Below are positions 28,536 through 39,373 of a stretch of 64,000 nucleotides of DNA, one piece after another. Location of the stretch: the sequence record NC_029316.1; one strand, 5' to 3'. Positions within the stretch are counted from its first letter, which is position 1. Each line of letters begins with the position of its first letter. The notes under the pieces are model-generated. The model searched no databases, had not been told where the DNA came from, and saw nothing but the letters and a program-made list of their open reading frames with translations. Both the position numbers and the translations under genes were made by a program.

Positions 28536-28868
28536 ATGAGCAATTCTTCCAATCCTTTTTCATTATATTTTTGGTTTATTATATTCATAGGCATAATTGT
28601 TTCTACCATAATCTTCATCTATTTCCTTATCGTGCCATTTTTACAATCCGTTCAGTGTCATTATGTCCTTAACGCTTCTGCTGATAAGGATGTTAATTTC
28701 AATAATTCGGTTGTGTCGTCTTTTGTAACCCAATATAGACAGGGATATGGTTCTATTGCATCAGCGGGTCTTAATGAAATTATAATAGTACTTACAATAA
28801 TAGTACTTGGGTTATTTGCAATATTTCTGTATTTATATGTAACGGCGATAAGAAAACCTGGTTCCTAA
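28536..28868 (+). CDS. Two-TM protein
   Basis: 110 aa, two hydrophobic helices; conserved leader GGTCTCAGGTGTCAAAAG. Confidence 0.7.
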   Translation: MSNSSNPFSLYFWFIIFIGIIVSTIIFIYFLIVPFLQSVQCHYVLNASADKDVNFNNSVVSSFVTQYRQGYGSIASAGLNEIIIVLTIIVLGLFAIFLYLYVTAIRKPGS

Positions 28869-28900
28869 CTACTTATTATATAAAATGTATTATTACACAC

Positions 28901-29368
28901 ATGCCTGGAAGTACACCTGGAAGCAACAAAAAACATGCTAGTGACGATAGCGATAAAATTGTTCCGATATTGAAAAAATTATTTCTAAAGAATGAAATGG
29001 TAATGAATGCGAGCGGAGTAGAAGTGTTAAATAAAATTTTTGAAAAAATTGAAACTAAAGAGGGGAGAAATTATATAAAATATGTGTTACTTAGTCTGTT
29101 TCTTCCTTCAAACTTAAGACTTGTACCAGGTACTGGAGAGGTGAAGGATATAATATTTATTGGTTCAGAAGATAAAAATACGAAAAAATGCGGTACTTTC
29201 AAAATTTTAGCGGTAGATAATGGCAAAAATTACGAGTACTGCTTAGAGGTGTGCGGGTCACTATCTATTACAATTAACCTCATACCATGCACTGAAGTGC
29301 GTAACACCGTAAAGCAAACAGACAGAGTAAACATGTCTGAATTAGAGTTCAGTAAATTAGATCTGTAA
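28901..29368 (+). CDS. Hypothetical protein
   Basis: 155-aa ORF. Confidence 0.7.
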   Translation: MPGSTPGSNKKHASDDSDKIVPILKKLFLKNEMVMNASGVEVLNKIFEKIETKEGRNYIKYVLLSLFLPSNLRLVPGTGEVKDIIFIGSEDKNTKKCGTFKILAVDNGKNYEYCLEVCGSLSITINLIPCTEVRNTVKQTDRVNMSELEFSKLDL

Positions 29369-29378
29369 GGGAGAGAAA

Positions 29379-29960
29379 ATGTTGTTCCTAAAGAAAAAGA
29401 ACAACATAGACTATTCCCCGTATGTAAAATATGTCGCTCATGCGTTCCTTTTAGATAGAAAAATAACGTGGAACGCTACGTCATTTGTAAGGAGTAAATT
29501 CGGTTTTGGGTTTATAGTATTTGGGAAGCAGAGGAAAAACTTCAGTTTTAATAAAGCATATATTGACGACCTAGACGTCCTAAAAATGTTCATATTACTT
29601 TATAATAACACGACTCATAATACTGTATTCTTCTATTATACTACAAAATTGACAAAAAAAGTAATAAATTATTCTATTAAAACCCAAAAGAAAAATAAGG
29701 ATTTATCTGTTAATACTATAAGGAAGCTTCTATTAATGTGTGGCGAGAGGTATTTATGCACTATTGATGAGAATTATAATATTTCTGAAGGATTTGACTA
29801 TAAGAAATATGTGAATGATGAGAACGGAGAAGAGAGACTTAAAACAAAATTATTACTATTCAGTAAAACTGACATAACAACTTTGCGTAATTATACAATA
29901 TTTATATCTCTAAGATCTTTATATACGCATTCCAAACAAGAACAGATATTCTCTAGTTAA
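29379..29960 (+). CDS. Basic hypothetical protein
   Basis: 193-aa ORF. Confidence 0.65.
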   Translation: MLFLKKKNNIDYSPYVKYVAHAFLLDRKITWNATSFVRSKFGFGFIVFGKQRKNFSFNKAYIDDLDVLKMFILLYNNTTHNTVFFYYTTKLTKKVINYSIKTQKKNKDLSVNTIRKLLLMCGERYLCTIDENYNISEGFDYKKYVNDENGEERLKTKLLLFSKTDITTLRNYTIFISLRSLYTHSKQEQIFSS

Positions 29961-29999
29961 TGTACAAAATTGCCCGAACGTTCGTGCAAATTCGGTAGA

Positions 30000-30485
30000 C
30001 TAATAAAAAATAATTACTTTTTTAAGACTTTTTGATAAGACGCCCATGATCTTATCGTCTACAATGTCTGTCATAATAACGATATCGCTACTGCTTGAAA
30101 AATAATAGCTAAGCACTGCATTACATATGCAGTTACCTTTCCCGTGTAGTATCAGGATGCCGTCTGTTTTTAATTTATTAATATATTCACTTATTTCCTT
30201 ATCTCCACCCAGTTCGCACTTTATTATGCTCCCTTTTCCGTACAACGTAACTGGTAAATGATGGATATTAGGGTAAATTTCAAACTCGCTATCTCCTAAT
30301 ATCCCCTCTGCGATTCTAAAGGTCGTATACCCTTGCATCACCATCCTGGTTGATACATGAGAGTAACAGATGTTCTTCATTATTTCGTTCTCAAAATTAC
30401 ACCTAATTGTAAGAATTTCGGCGTCTAAAGGAGGGACAAACTCTCTTAATTTTTCCTTACTATCGATAACTATTGTACTCATCAA
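30000..30485 (-). CDS. Hypothetical protein
   Basis: 161-aa ORF. Confidence 0.7.
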   Translation of the reverse strand: MMSTIVIDSKEKLREFVPPLDAEILTIRCNFENEIMKNICYSHVSTRMVMQGYTTFRIAEGILGDSEFEIYPNIHHLPVTLYGKGSIIKCELGGDKEISEYINKLKTDGILILHGKGNCICNAVLSYYFSSSSDIVIMTDIVDDKIMGVLSKSLKKVIIFY

Positions 30486-30517
30486 CTGGATTTATTCTAG
30501 TTATCTAAAAACCAGTT

Positions 30518-31114
30518 ATGCAGAATTACACAGAATTGGAAGGTCTTTTCACTAAAATTGTTGATGTATGCCTCTCAAATGAAATAGACCTTCATCCTGT
30601 TCAATCATTCTATAAGCTGATTATTTTATCTTCACCAATACCTGGGATTGACACTATACTTAACAATACAAAGAAAGAGTTGGTGCTTGCTAGCACAAAA
30701 CAACAACAATCCAAGGTAATTAGATCGTTTTGTATAAATCTTGTAAGAAAAATGAACTCTTTATCTTCTGTAGATAGTAGCATAATCGATGGAATTGAGG
30801 GAGATATAAGCACATATAATATAGATAGCGTGATCAATGAGTCTAACAGAATAATGCAGAGAGTTGAAGAAGCGTTCACAACTAAGAACGTAAGGGACTC
30901 AATAAAGCAATTTGAGTTAGCAGTAATTGAAACAAAAGCCTTACTAATAAGAATAAAGGACAGCATGATATATGAGGAGGTTACGAAACTAACTGGAATA
31001 AACGAGAATAATATAACTGACGTGCTACATTTTAATGACTACACTGAGGGTAAATATACAATTGCAGAGAAATTAATGCAGATACTACTGTTTATTAAAA
31101 CGCATTTCAAGTAA
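30518..31114 (+). CDS. Helical hypothetical protein
   Basis: 198-aa ORF. Confidence 0.7.
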   Translation: MQNYTELEGLFTKIVDVCLSNEIDLHPVQSFYKLIILSSPIPGIDTILNNTKKELVLASTKQQQSKVIRSFCINLVRKMNSLSSVDSSIIDGIEGDISTYNIDSVINESNRIMQRVEEAFTTKNVRDSIKQFELAVIETKALLIRIKDSMIYEEVTKLTGINENNITDVLHFNDYTEGKYTIAEKLMQILLFIKTHFK

Positions 31115-31120
31115 AAACGT

Positions 31121-31897
31121 ATGTTTGTAATTACGATGCACGGTGTAGACGAAATAGATGAACTGAAAGCTTACCTCTTCTTTTCTTCGATTGGCGTATA
31201 TCCTAACATCAAATTTGACGGTAAGAATAACGTTATTAGTATACATATACCGAAATATAGAGATTTCATAAGAGTCCTAAGCGAGATAGACAAGCCGTTC
31301 ATACCTAGCGTATTAAGGCTTGATAACGAAATAGAGAAAAACGCTAAGCTGGATTTATCAATGAAAGAAAACACTATTTCTAGAAAATTACACGTAATAA
31401 TTAAGTTAATGAAATTAGGTTCAACATACACTAGGTTAGTACTGGATGTTAACGTTGCTGGCATAGAACGAGATATTCTTGAATATATCCTGAGGAACCT
31501 TATTGGGGATGAAGATCTGTATGTAACTAGTACTGCGTCTAGACATATTGTAGTGTGGGGTAAAGCGGATAAGATACGTTTACTAAGAAGCGTTAATCTT
31601 ACACGTTACATCTATGGTTCTCACGAATACGAATGCCCTGTATGCGGGTATAAATCACAAACCTTAGCAGAATTACAATTACACTACTTTACAGAGCATA
31701 ATAGTGGTGTATGCCCACTTGACGGCTTACCTACAGACGAACACATGTTAAGCGATATGAAACACCTAGCATACGCATTTTTAGCACTATTACCGATGAA
31801 TTCACACCTAAACAGAACAAAATTGTATAAAAAATCTTACATTCTTGCAAAATTCACATTTAATGTTAAACCACTTATTGTTCAACGTGACTTATAG
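31121..31897 (+). CDS. C2H2 zinc-finger protein
   Basis: YECPVCGYKSQTLAELQLHYFTEH plus partial CPLDG..EH..H. Confidence 0.7.
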   Translation: MFVITMHGVDEIDELKAYLFFSSIGVYPNIKFDGKNNVISIHIPKYRDFIRVLSEIDKPFIPSVLRLDNEIEKNAKLDLSMKENTISRKLHVIIKLMKLGSTYTRLVLDVNVAGIERDILEYILRNLIGDEDLYVTSTASRHIVVWGKADKIRLLRSVNLTRYIYGSHEYECPVCGYKSQTLAELQLHYFTEHNSGVCPLDGLPTDEHMLSDMKHLAYAFLALLPMNSHLNRTKLYKKSYILAKFTFNVKPLIVQRDL

Positions 31898-32124
31898 TAC
31901 ATTATTAATATAACTATAGACAGAATAAAACCTATTACCGCAAACACATTGAGATATATTACGAATCTGGATAACGTTGCATAGTAATCATTAGCGTACT
32001 GCTGTCCATCTACGAGGGTTATGGTGTGGGCATATTGGAATTGTAAAAAATAAATCACGTCAAATATAATAATTGTTGCAAAAGCCATCACAAATACTAA
32101 AACAAATACAGTGAACGGGGACAT
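31882..32124 (-). CDS. Small two-TM protein
   Basis: 80 aa, two hydrophobic helices. Confidence 0.6.
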   Translation of the reverse strand: MSPFTVFVLVFVMAFATIIIFDVIYFLQFQYAHTITLVDGQQYANDYYATLSRFVIYLNVFAVIGFILSIVILIMYYKSR

Positions 32125-33192
32125 TCAAACCACCTTGAAATACTTAAACGCAGTTCCGTCAGGTAACTCATTTTCAAGTATCGTCTTGATAGAATAGAAA
32201 AGATCCCTATCTATCTCAACTTCCTCATTCTTCTTAACTTTCTCCTCAAGCTTATCTATAAATTTTCTAAAAGACACTAAGTCAACATATTTACAAAGTT
32301 CTTCCTTGTTAATATATTGCTGTTGAACTGCGTTACTGTTTTTCTCTATTCTCCTTTCTTCTTTCTTATTATCACTTTCCTTACGGTCGTCCTTATGGTC
32401 ACCACTTCTTTTCTTTTCTGTTTTCACACTCAATTTCTCTGTTTTTTTGGCTTTTTCTCTTTCTAATAATTCTCCAAGTTTTGACATAAATTCCCCAGCA
32501 TTCTTAGCATTTTTAAGTTCAGCATAATAATCTGTAATAACCTTGCGGATATTTGAGAAAATCAAATCTAAATCTTCATCAGTGAAATCATTGGCAAAAT
32601 TCTTAGTTAAACTCAGTAATTTCTCTATTTCCCTCTTATTAAATACTATTCCTTTCTTTTTCGTATAATTATAAATGTGGGGATAATGCGATTTTACCCA
32701 TAACACCATATATTTAACGTCGTCTATAGATACTTTCTTTTTTGTAATGTTTTGAAGTGTTTCCTCTATCTTCTTATCTATATCATTATCTATCCTCGCT
32801 GTTTGACTAGTTGATCCTCTGATCTTATATATCTCCTCAATATAATTAGTGAGTTCCTCGAGTTTCATCGGTCTTCTTATTACATTTAGAACGAGTGCTA
32901 ACAACTTTGCGGTTTGCGGATCCTTGGTTATTCTTAAGTCTGTATATTGAAGCGTGAGGACTTTAGAATATTCATCGCTCTCCTTAGCTAACTCTTTTAG
33001 TACTAGGTATCTCGTCATTCCGTCTATTATGTAATTGTCTGAGTCGACAACTATAGGTTCCCTTAACCCATCTTTTTTTATGCTTTCCTTTAGTTCCTCC
33101 ATTATACGTTGGTCTCTTGGGAATAAATTAAAAATAGGGTCGTATATTTTTAAATCGCCTAATCTCGAAACTTTAAGAAGAACATTATACAT
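32125..33192 (-). CDS. ParB/Srx-domain protein
   Basis: ELKESIKKDGLREPIVVDSDNYIIDGMTRYLVL is a ParB-like N-terminal motif. Confidence 0.8.
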   Translation of the reverse strand: MYNVLLKVSRLGDLKIYDPIFNLFPRDQRIMEELKESIKKDGLREPIVVDSDNYIIDGMTRYLVLKELAKESDEYSKVLTLQYTDLRITKDPQTAKLLALVLNVIRRPMKLEELTNYIEEIYKIRGSTSQTARIDNDIDKKIEETLQNITKKKVSIDDVKYMVLWVKSHYPHIYNYTKKKGIVFNKREIEKLLSLTKNFANDFTDEDLDLIFSNIRKVITDYYAELKNAKNAGEFMSKLGELLEREKAKKTEKLSVKTEKKRSGDHKDDRKESDNKKEERRIEKNSNAVQQQYINKEELCKYVDLVSFRKFIDKLEEKVKKNEEVEIDRDLFYSIKTILENELPDGTAFKYFKVV

Positions 33193-33215
33193 ATATTTTA
33201 ATTGGAAAAAATAAC

Positions 33216-34772
33216 CTAATATTTATTTGGGTTTTTAAATGAGGGTTTCTTTAGAAAGTTTTCGAAACCGTATAGGAATTTTGAAATTGAAGTATCGTCG
33301 TATGAGTCTGCTATTCTCACTTCTATCCCAGCAATGTCCTCAAATGTCTGTTTGCTAGATGCTTCGCCTCTCAGTATAATTTCTTTTACATCTATGCCGT
33401 AAAAATTCAATACTGCTCTGATGAGGTTTTTCGCTCTTTTTATCCTTTCGTCAAGTAGCGAGGACGACATATATTTCCTAATCGATGATACTATCTTCTG
33501 GTCGTCTACCGTGTACATATATGATTGTGCTATTTTGTCGAAATTCGAATTTTGTTGCGTGAACATAATGACGTTCTTATGATAATCGGAAATTATCTCT
33601 GCAAGACCAGACAGTTTGCTATTATCAACGAGTAAAGGCTGTTCAACTAATACTATAGACTTCCTATACATTTCAATATTGAATAAGAATTCCTTTATCG
33701 ATGAGTCTATTGTAGGCTGGAATATTATATAATTACAAACATCAACTAGGATGGAGCTGATTATGGCTTTTACTGTGAGCGGATATCTCGTTGTAATTAA
33801 GATCTTTATGGGCATCTCGCATGTAACTATTTCGCTTAACGAATCCTTCATTTCAAGTAAGGAATTAATATCCTGGTTTCTCATGCTCACTACACGCCTT
33901 GCCACATCCTTGTTAACTATTGTAAAAGTCTCTGGAGAACGTACAAAAAGCGAGATATCCCTAAAACTCATACCGTTGTTCACGAAGTAGCGTGCTATAT
34001 CATCTGCACTCTTATACTCTATACCGTTTATGCTGATATTACTAATTCCCTTTATTTTCAAATATGCAGACACTGCTTCTAGGTCTGGTAATGTGTAGTA
34101 AACCTTCTCTTTTACTCTGCTAATTAATGCTGGGTCTATAGTGTCTACTTTAACGTTTGTTGCAAGTATTACTATTATATCATAATTCTTAACGTTATAC
34201 AAGTTTAGATATTTCAGCATTAAGTTCATTAGATTTGTATAAAGCGTGTGGTTCTTATCTTCTGATGTAAGATCCCTTTTTGTTATTATCCACTCAGCAT
34301 CATCGAAGAACAGTATGATGGGTTGGCTACGAATAGCTTTGAGGAAAATATTTCTCAGCTCATTTTCTGTTTCTCCTACATATTTTGATAAAATCTCAGT
34401 ACCTACATAACGGAGCTTCCAACCTTTTACCTTTGCCAACAGTTCTGCGAAGGACGTCTTTCCAGTGCCTGGTGCACCGTATAATAGTATGTTAGAGTTA
34501 CCTTTCTTTTTATTTACTAATTCTTTAAATACATTGTATATTTCTTTTGGAAATATGTAAAAATCTCCATTACTTAACTTTATTATCACATTATCATGCA
34601 GTTCCGTAACGTCGTACGTTAACGGTTTAATTATTTTCACAACTTTAGTTATATATTCATTGTAAATGCATGGGTCTGGTATTGCATAAAGTATTGTACT
34701 ATCTACAGTATTTACTTCCTCACCTTGTTTTATTTTTCTTGTAGTGTAGATTTTTTGACAAACTTCAGTCAT
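33216..34772 (-). CDS. Classic AAA+ ATPase (Cdc48/Vps4-like clade)
   Basis: LLYGAPGTGKTS, ILSKYVGETE, LFFDDAE, VILATN, IDPALISR. Confidence 0.88.
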   Translation of the reverse strand: MTEVCQKIYTTRKIKQGEEVNTVDSTILYAIPDPCIYNEYITKVVKIIKPLTYDVTELHDNVIIKLSNGDFYIFPKEIYNVFKELVNKKKGNSNILLYGAPGTGKTSFAELLAKVKGWKLRYVGTEILSKYVGETENELRNIFLKAIRSQPIILFFDDAEWIITKRDLTSEDKNHTLYTNLMNLMLKYLNLYNVKNYDIIVILATNVKVDTIDPALISRVKEKVYYTLPDLEAVSAYLKIKGISNISINGIEYKSADDIARYFVNNGMSFRDISLFVRSPETFTIVNKDVARRVVSMRNQDINSLLEMKDSLSEIVTCEMPIKILITTRYPLTVKAIISSILVDVCNYIIFQPTIDSSIKEFLFNIEMYRKSIVLVEQPLLVDNSKLSGLAEIISDYHKNVIMFTQQNSNFDKIAQSYMYTVDDQKIVSSIRKYMSSSLLDERIKRAKNLIRAVLNFYGIDVKEIILRGEASSKQTFEDIAGIEVRIADSYDDTSISKFLYGFENFLKKPSFKNPNKY

Positions 34773-34773
34773 T

Positions 34774-35592
34774 TTACTTCCCTACTATGTGTAGTAATAT
34801 GTATACGAATGCTAGGATTATTGGGATAGTTAACGCTAGTGCAAGGATTAACTTAGTCTTATTTGTTGCTAATACTGTTTGTAACTTCTGCTTTGCTAAT
34901 GATATCTTCTGCAGGTTAGTTATTTCATTACCAGCACTTGTAAGTAAGTGAATTATATTCTCTGCACTGCTGGTTTGGAGTGATATGAGGTAGTCATCTA
35001 GTACACTAGATAGATCTGTAGTTATAGCGAGCTTGTATTGACCTACGACAAAGCTTGAAGTATACTGAGTAGATCCTGAAAGGATATCTGCTATCAACTC
35101 AGAGAAGCTTTTGTCACTGAAAATCCTAGCAGTAGCCAGGTCTGACAATGTGTACAAATTCATCGTCAGGAATACTGTAGTCTCACCAACCGCAAAATAG
35201 AACGGTTTGTTTATACCATGAATGTAAAAGGGAGTTATGTCAGGCTTTACTGCTATAATATAAATGTCGTTGTCACTCGTGTTACCTATGAAGAGACCTG
35301 TAGCTATATACCTTGCGGGTACAAGGACTACCTTTTTGGTTTTTTTCTGAACTACTAGAAATATAGCGTCGGCATTCCTTGCATTAATATCAAACAACTG
35401 GACATTACGGTGAGACTTCAGCTTAATAATCAGTAACATCATTACGAATCCTACTACTACTGCAATAAGTATAATTGACAAAAAATTGAAAGAAAAAAGG
35501 CTAGTTACTGCAGATGTAGGGCTTATGTGTATTGTTGGGGACGGTGTAGTAGAAACGTGAGGCGTTGTAGAGTTAGGAGGTGGTAGTGGCAT
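34774..35592 (-). CDS. Membrane protein with Pro/Thr-rich N-terminus
   Basis: 272 aa, N- and C-terminal TM helices. Confidence 0.7.
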   Translation of the reverse strand: MPLPPPNSTTPHVSTTPSPTIHISPTSAVTSLFSFNFLSIILIAVVVGFVMMLLIIKLKSHRNVQLFDINARNADAIFLVVQKKTKKVVLVPARYIATGLFIGNTSDNDIYIIAVKPDITPFYIHGINKPFYFAVGETTVFLTMNLYTLSDLATARIFSDKSFSELIADILSGSTQYTSSFVVGQYKLAITTDLSSVLDDYLISLQTSSAENIIHLLTSAGNEITNLQKISLAKQKLQTVLATNKTKLILALALTIPIILAFVYILLHIVGK

Positions 35593-35655
35593 ATGTGTTT
35601 TGTTAAAAACGATATTAAAAGTAGAGAAAAAACTTTTGAAAACACAGATGTGTTT

Positions 35656-35937
35656 TCAGGTGTTGTACATCACTGACTTTATCATTTGAGAATAGATGCG
35701 GTTAGTCATTTCATCTAATTTTCTCTTATCATAATTCTCTATTTCGTTAATTGGTATTTTTTCTAATGCTATAGTTCTTGCTAAGTTTTTAGCGAATGTG
35801 CTAAAATTGTACTTATCTATTGCAGTTACTTTCCCGTCTGGATTTGTAATATAACACAACTCATCGTCGCACTCTACCTTATATCTACCGATTTTCATAT
35901 GTTCGAATAGACGCATCAGAATAAATATGTATAGCAA
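35656..35937 (-). CDS. Small hypothetical protein; start uncertain
   Basis: ORF track. Confidence 0.55.
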   Translation of the reverse strand: MLYIFILMRLFEHMKIGRYKVECDDELCYITNPDGKVTAIDKYNFSTFAKNLARTIALEKIPINEIENYDKRKLDEMTNRIYSQMIKSVMYNT

Positions 35938-35948
35938 TTAATCCTCCT

Positions 35949-37541
35949 ATGCAAACCCGCATTTTCTTCGTTGCGATTTCTTACTCTATGTTAGTATACG
36001 TCATAATGTTTTTCGAATATTATTCACTCAATATACCAGTCTGGGACATGGGTCACGCATTACAGACACTATATAATATCCATAACTGCCATGGCAGTCT
36101 TACGTTCTTCATATCTACTATTCTTTACCAGGGTGATAGGTTCCTCTTGTTCTTCGTACCGACTAACGTTAACAGTTTGATACTATTACAAGCGTTATCA
36201 GTAGGTCTTGCAATAATTCCATTATATTATATAACAAAAATTAAGTTGAAGGACGAAAAACTAAGGATACTTACTGTCATACTCTTTATGCTATACGCAC
36301 CGCTGTGGGGCAATTATTTCTTCCCTTACCACTTTCAATCTCTGTTTACGTTATTTTTCTTCTCTATGTATTACTTCACACTTAAGGATAACAAGATACT
36401 AAGCATAATCTTCTCAATTCTTGCGTCCCTGGTTAGGTTTCCTTTCGTTATACTGATAGTCTTCTACTCTGCAGTAGAGTTAGCATTCAGAAAGAATGTG
36501 AAAATCAACAAATACGTGCTTGCAGTATCTGCAATAATCCTGATAGCAAGTTATGTCATGTCAAACGTCTGTCCTACAATAATCCCTGGAATAGAGAAAG
36601 AAGCCAAATTGGACGCAACGCCTAGTTACAAAATACCTCTCATAGATAAAATCCTAACAATACCAGCATTATTACTCCCGTTCAGCATGGTTCCGTTATT
36701 AAGTTATTTTATAATAAACTTGGTTCCATATACTGTGCTTATTTTCATAACATGCTCCGCTGGGTTCGTTTTTCCTAAGCTTTTCATATTCCAATATTCT
36801 TCATTGTATACTTATGCTGTATTTATAGCGTTCATAGACGCTATATCTAAATTCAGAATAAAGGAAATAATTAGTATCGCAATAATATTATTAACATTCT
36901 TCTCATTCTTCATGTTCTCATACGTTTCGCCGTTTTACCCATATGCTAATTACCCTGCAGTGTTCTTCACGCCTAATAACGCTAGAGAATTATGCTACGT
37001 CGTGAACATCATCCCAAGAAACGCAACAATACTAGTGCAAGATAATATGCCAGAATTCTATCCGAGGACTTACCTACCTGACAATTATCCTCTAGTTATA
37101 GGGGATACAGAACTTGTGTATAGTAACTATTCATTTGAGCATAATAATTACCTGGTAGTGTTCTGCTTAGGAAAGTTCAATACTAGCATATGCTATGTAG
37201 CAGTTGATACTGTTAACGATTTCTTTTGGCAATCACTTAACATGACAAATTTATTCTATTCTCACGGGTACGGAATATACATTATTTATGATTACATAAT
37301 AATTCTGAAGTACAATTACTCGTCTCCACCAATAATAAACACTGGATATTCTTTTGTTATACCAGGGCATGTAAGTGTGGATTTACCGCTTATTCCTGGA
37401 ATTTACGAACTTAATGCTACTGCATGTGTATGTGGTAGGTACACAAATTTCGTAATAATGAAAGACTTCGGGTTTGTCCATATTTCTACAAACAGCAGAA
37501 CAGAGCTGACCTTGATAGATGTGTTTGACATAAAAGCATGA
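35949..37541 (+). CDS. Multi-pass membrane protein, GT-C/DUF2079-like glycosyltransferase candidate
   Basis: WDMGHALQTLYN after TM1, PYHFQSL loop, about 10 TMs, soluble C-terminal domain. Confidence 0.6.
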   Translation: MQTRIFFVAISYSMLVYVIMFFEYYSLNIPVWDMGHALQTLYNIHNCHGSLTFFISTILYQGDRFLLFFVPTNVNSLILLQALSVGLAIIPLYYITKIKLKDEKLRILTVILFMLYAPLWGNYFFPYHFQSLFTLFFFSMYYFTLKDNKILSIIFSILASLVRFPFVILIVFYSAVELAFRKNVKINKYVLAVSAIILIASYVMSNVCPTIIPGIEKEAKLDATPSYKIPLIDKILTIPALLLPFSMVPLLSYFIINLVPYTVLIFITCSAGFVFPKLFIFQYSSLYTYAVFIAFIDAISKFRIKEIISIAIILLTFFSFFMFSYVSPFYPYANYPAVFFTPNNARELCYVVNIIPRNATILVQDNMPEFYPRTYLPDNYPLVIGDTELVYSNYSFEHNNYLVVFCLGKFNTSICYVAVDTVNDFFWQSLNMTNLFYSHGYGIYIIYDYIIILKYNYSSPPIINTGYSFVIPGHVSVDLPLIPGIYELNATACVCGRYTNFVIMKDFGFVHISTNSRTELTLIDVFDIKA

Positions 37542-37608
37542 CAGCGAGGGAAGTCAGCTAAAAGCACTATCTTTTTAAACTCTTAACGGGAGAGAAAGGA
37601 GAGAAAAT

Positions 37609-38031
37609 ATGGCTACTCTCAAAGCTTCAGAAAAGGTTAAAGCGTGGAATAAAAGAATAGTATCGTTATTAAGGGACGTGTTAAAGCAGGCTGACCAAAA
37701 CGGCTTGTTAATAGACTTAACACAACTCACCAGAGCGTTAGCAGGACTAAAGGCTTACTTCTCCTTCCAAGCTAAAAATGCTAAAGACGAGAAGGTTAAG
37801 GAAGCTTACAAGAAACTAATAGAAGAAGTTACAGAAATACAAAAACAACTAGAGCCACTCAAGAAGTCACACAAGTGGGTTAAAATCTCACCAGAACTCT
37901 ACAATAAGTTGAAGAGCTATAAGGAAAAATTAGAGAACGAACAAATAGAGTTACCATACGTTTATTTCGCATTCGAACAACCACAACCAACAACTACGAG
38001 AAAGAAGAAACAGACTATGCTTCAAGCTTAG
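37609..38031 (+). CDS. Basic helical hypothetical protein
   Basis: 140-aa ORF, TATA-like TTTTTAAA upstream. Confidence 0.75.
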   Translation: MATLKASEKVKAWNKRIVSLLRDVLKQADQNGLLIDLTQLTRALAGLKAYFSFQAKNAKDEKVKEAYKKLIEEVTEIQKQLEPLKKSHKWVKISPELYNKLKSYKEKLENEQIELPYVYFAFEQPQPTTTRKKKQTMLQA

Positions 38032-39034
38032 AATATATTTTTTTGTATTCTTCTCTTTCTCTATCTTCTAAAAAGTACTCATTAAGTTTAGCCTTCATAT
38101 AACTTGCTTTTATTATAGCTGGGACGAAGTCTTCCTCTCTTACTAATAAAATTCCACCATTATTGAATGAATATATCTCCCTATGTGCGGATATATCTCT
38201 TGCAACAACTGGTAACGAATTTGCTAATGCTTCAATAATAGGTATGTTGAACCCTTCATCGATAGAAGGAGCAAAATATACATCACTAGCAATATATAAT
38301 TTAATGAGGAGTTCATCATCTATGCCTAGGAAGTACTTATCACCGCGTTTGTTATTAACTGTTATAATCATAAAGCCGAGCTTATGTAATTCTTCACGTA
38401 TCTTATCTATTACACTCAGTCCCTTTCTTGGTTCATCATGTGCAACGTTAATTACAATCTTCTTATCTTTAGGCAAACCTAGTTCTTCACGGATCCTCAT
38501 AACGTTTCCGTCTCTTTCGTTTACAAAACCCCTCGGAACGCTATGGTGGATTACTATAACCTTAGGTAATTCAATACCGTTCTCGTCTGCATACCTCTTC
38601 AGCTGTCTTGCTGTATAGAAGCTAGGGACGACAACGAGTTCCAGGTTTTTGATTTGTGTTATTTCATGCCTGAAATAAAGCCTGTAATAGAACGGGTAAT
38701 ATGAACTCACAGCTGTGTTTTCAGATAGTGGGAACAGATCGTGAACTGTTCCTATACCACCGTTTGCTACATGGAAGAAATCTGGCGAAACTAAGTGAAG
38801 CAGTTTTTTAGACGCAAATTTACTGAACTTACCCCTCTTTGTAATTAGATCGTAAATTATTCCTAGTTTGTTAAAATATTTATATTGTACAACTTCATCA
38901 AAACCGTCAGGCTCCTCCCACGGTTTCATTCTAAAAAGAACCAATTTACTATTTGGGAAGTAAGAATGCAATCTGCTTGCATAACGCCCGATACCTGACT
39001 TTAGTTTTGAATTGCTAACGATATATAGCATCAT
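38015..39034 (-). CDS. GT4 (GT-B) glycosyltransferase
   Basis: SGIGRYA N-terminus; DEGFNIPIIEALANSLPVVARDI (E-x7-E motif). Confidence 0.9.
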   Translation of the reverse strand: MMLYIVSNSKLKSGIGRYASRLHSYFPNSKLVLFRMKPWEEPDGFDEVVQYKYFNKLGIIYDLITKRGKFSKFASKKLLHLVSPDFFHVANGGIGTVHDLFPLSENTAVSSYYPFYYRLYFRHEITQIKNLELVVVPSFYTARQLKRYADENGIELPKVIVIHHSVPRGFVNERDGNVMRIREELGLPKDKKIVINVAHDEPRKGLSVIDKIREELHKLGFMIITVNNKRGDKYFLGIDDELLIKLYIASDVYFAPSIDEGFNIPIIEALANSLPVVARDISAHREIYSFNNGGILLVREEDFVPAIIKASYMKAKLNEYFLEDREREEYKKIYSKLEA

Positions 39035-39065
39035 TTAATAGGGTAATTATGTGTTTTTAAGGAGA

Positions 39066-39094
39066 TGACTTCCTACCCGCTCTGAAGAGAGTGG
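39066..39094 (-). mobile_element. IS605-type right-end remnant
   Basis: Reverse complement CCACTCTCTTCAGAGCGGGTAGGAAGTCA. Confidence 0.55.
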
Positions 39095-39115
39095 TTATCG
39101 TTCGTTTTGTCAGTG

Positions 39116-39373
39116 CTATCGCACGTCAACGACTTCTAACTTTCCACCTACTAGCCTCGCTTTTATCGTGAACGTTGGCTCGTCCCCACCATAGACCTTG
39201 ATTAACATCGTATCGCTATCAATGACGAAGTAGCTATACTTGTTCCATGTCCTCATATGATCGTTTAGGAACGATTCGATTAGTTCTTCGACGTAATCCC
39301 AATCTGCATTTAAGAGATTAGAGGAAATACTTTCTTCTCCTTCTTGATCTTTTGAAACAAATTCTTGAGACAT
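39116..39373 (-). CDS. Small hypothetical protein, paralog of the ORF ending at 111
   Basis: Shared C-terminal beta-rich motif. Confidence 0.7.
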   Translation of the reverse strand: MSQEFVSKDQEGEESISSNLLNADWDYVEELIESFLNDHMRTWNKYSYFVIDSDTMLIKVYGGDEPTFTIKARLVGGKLEVVDVR

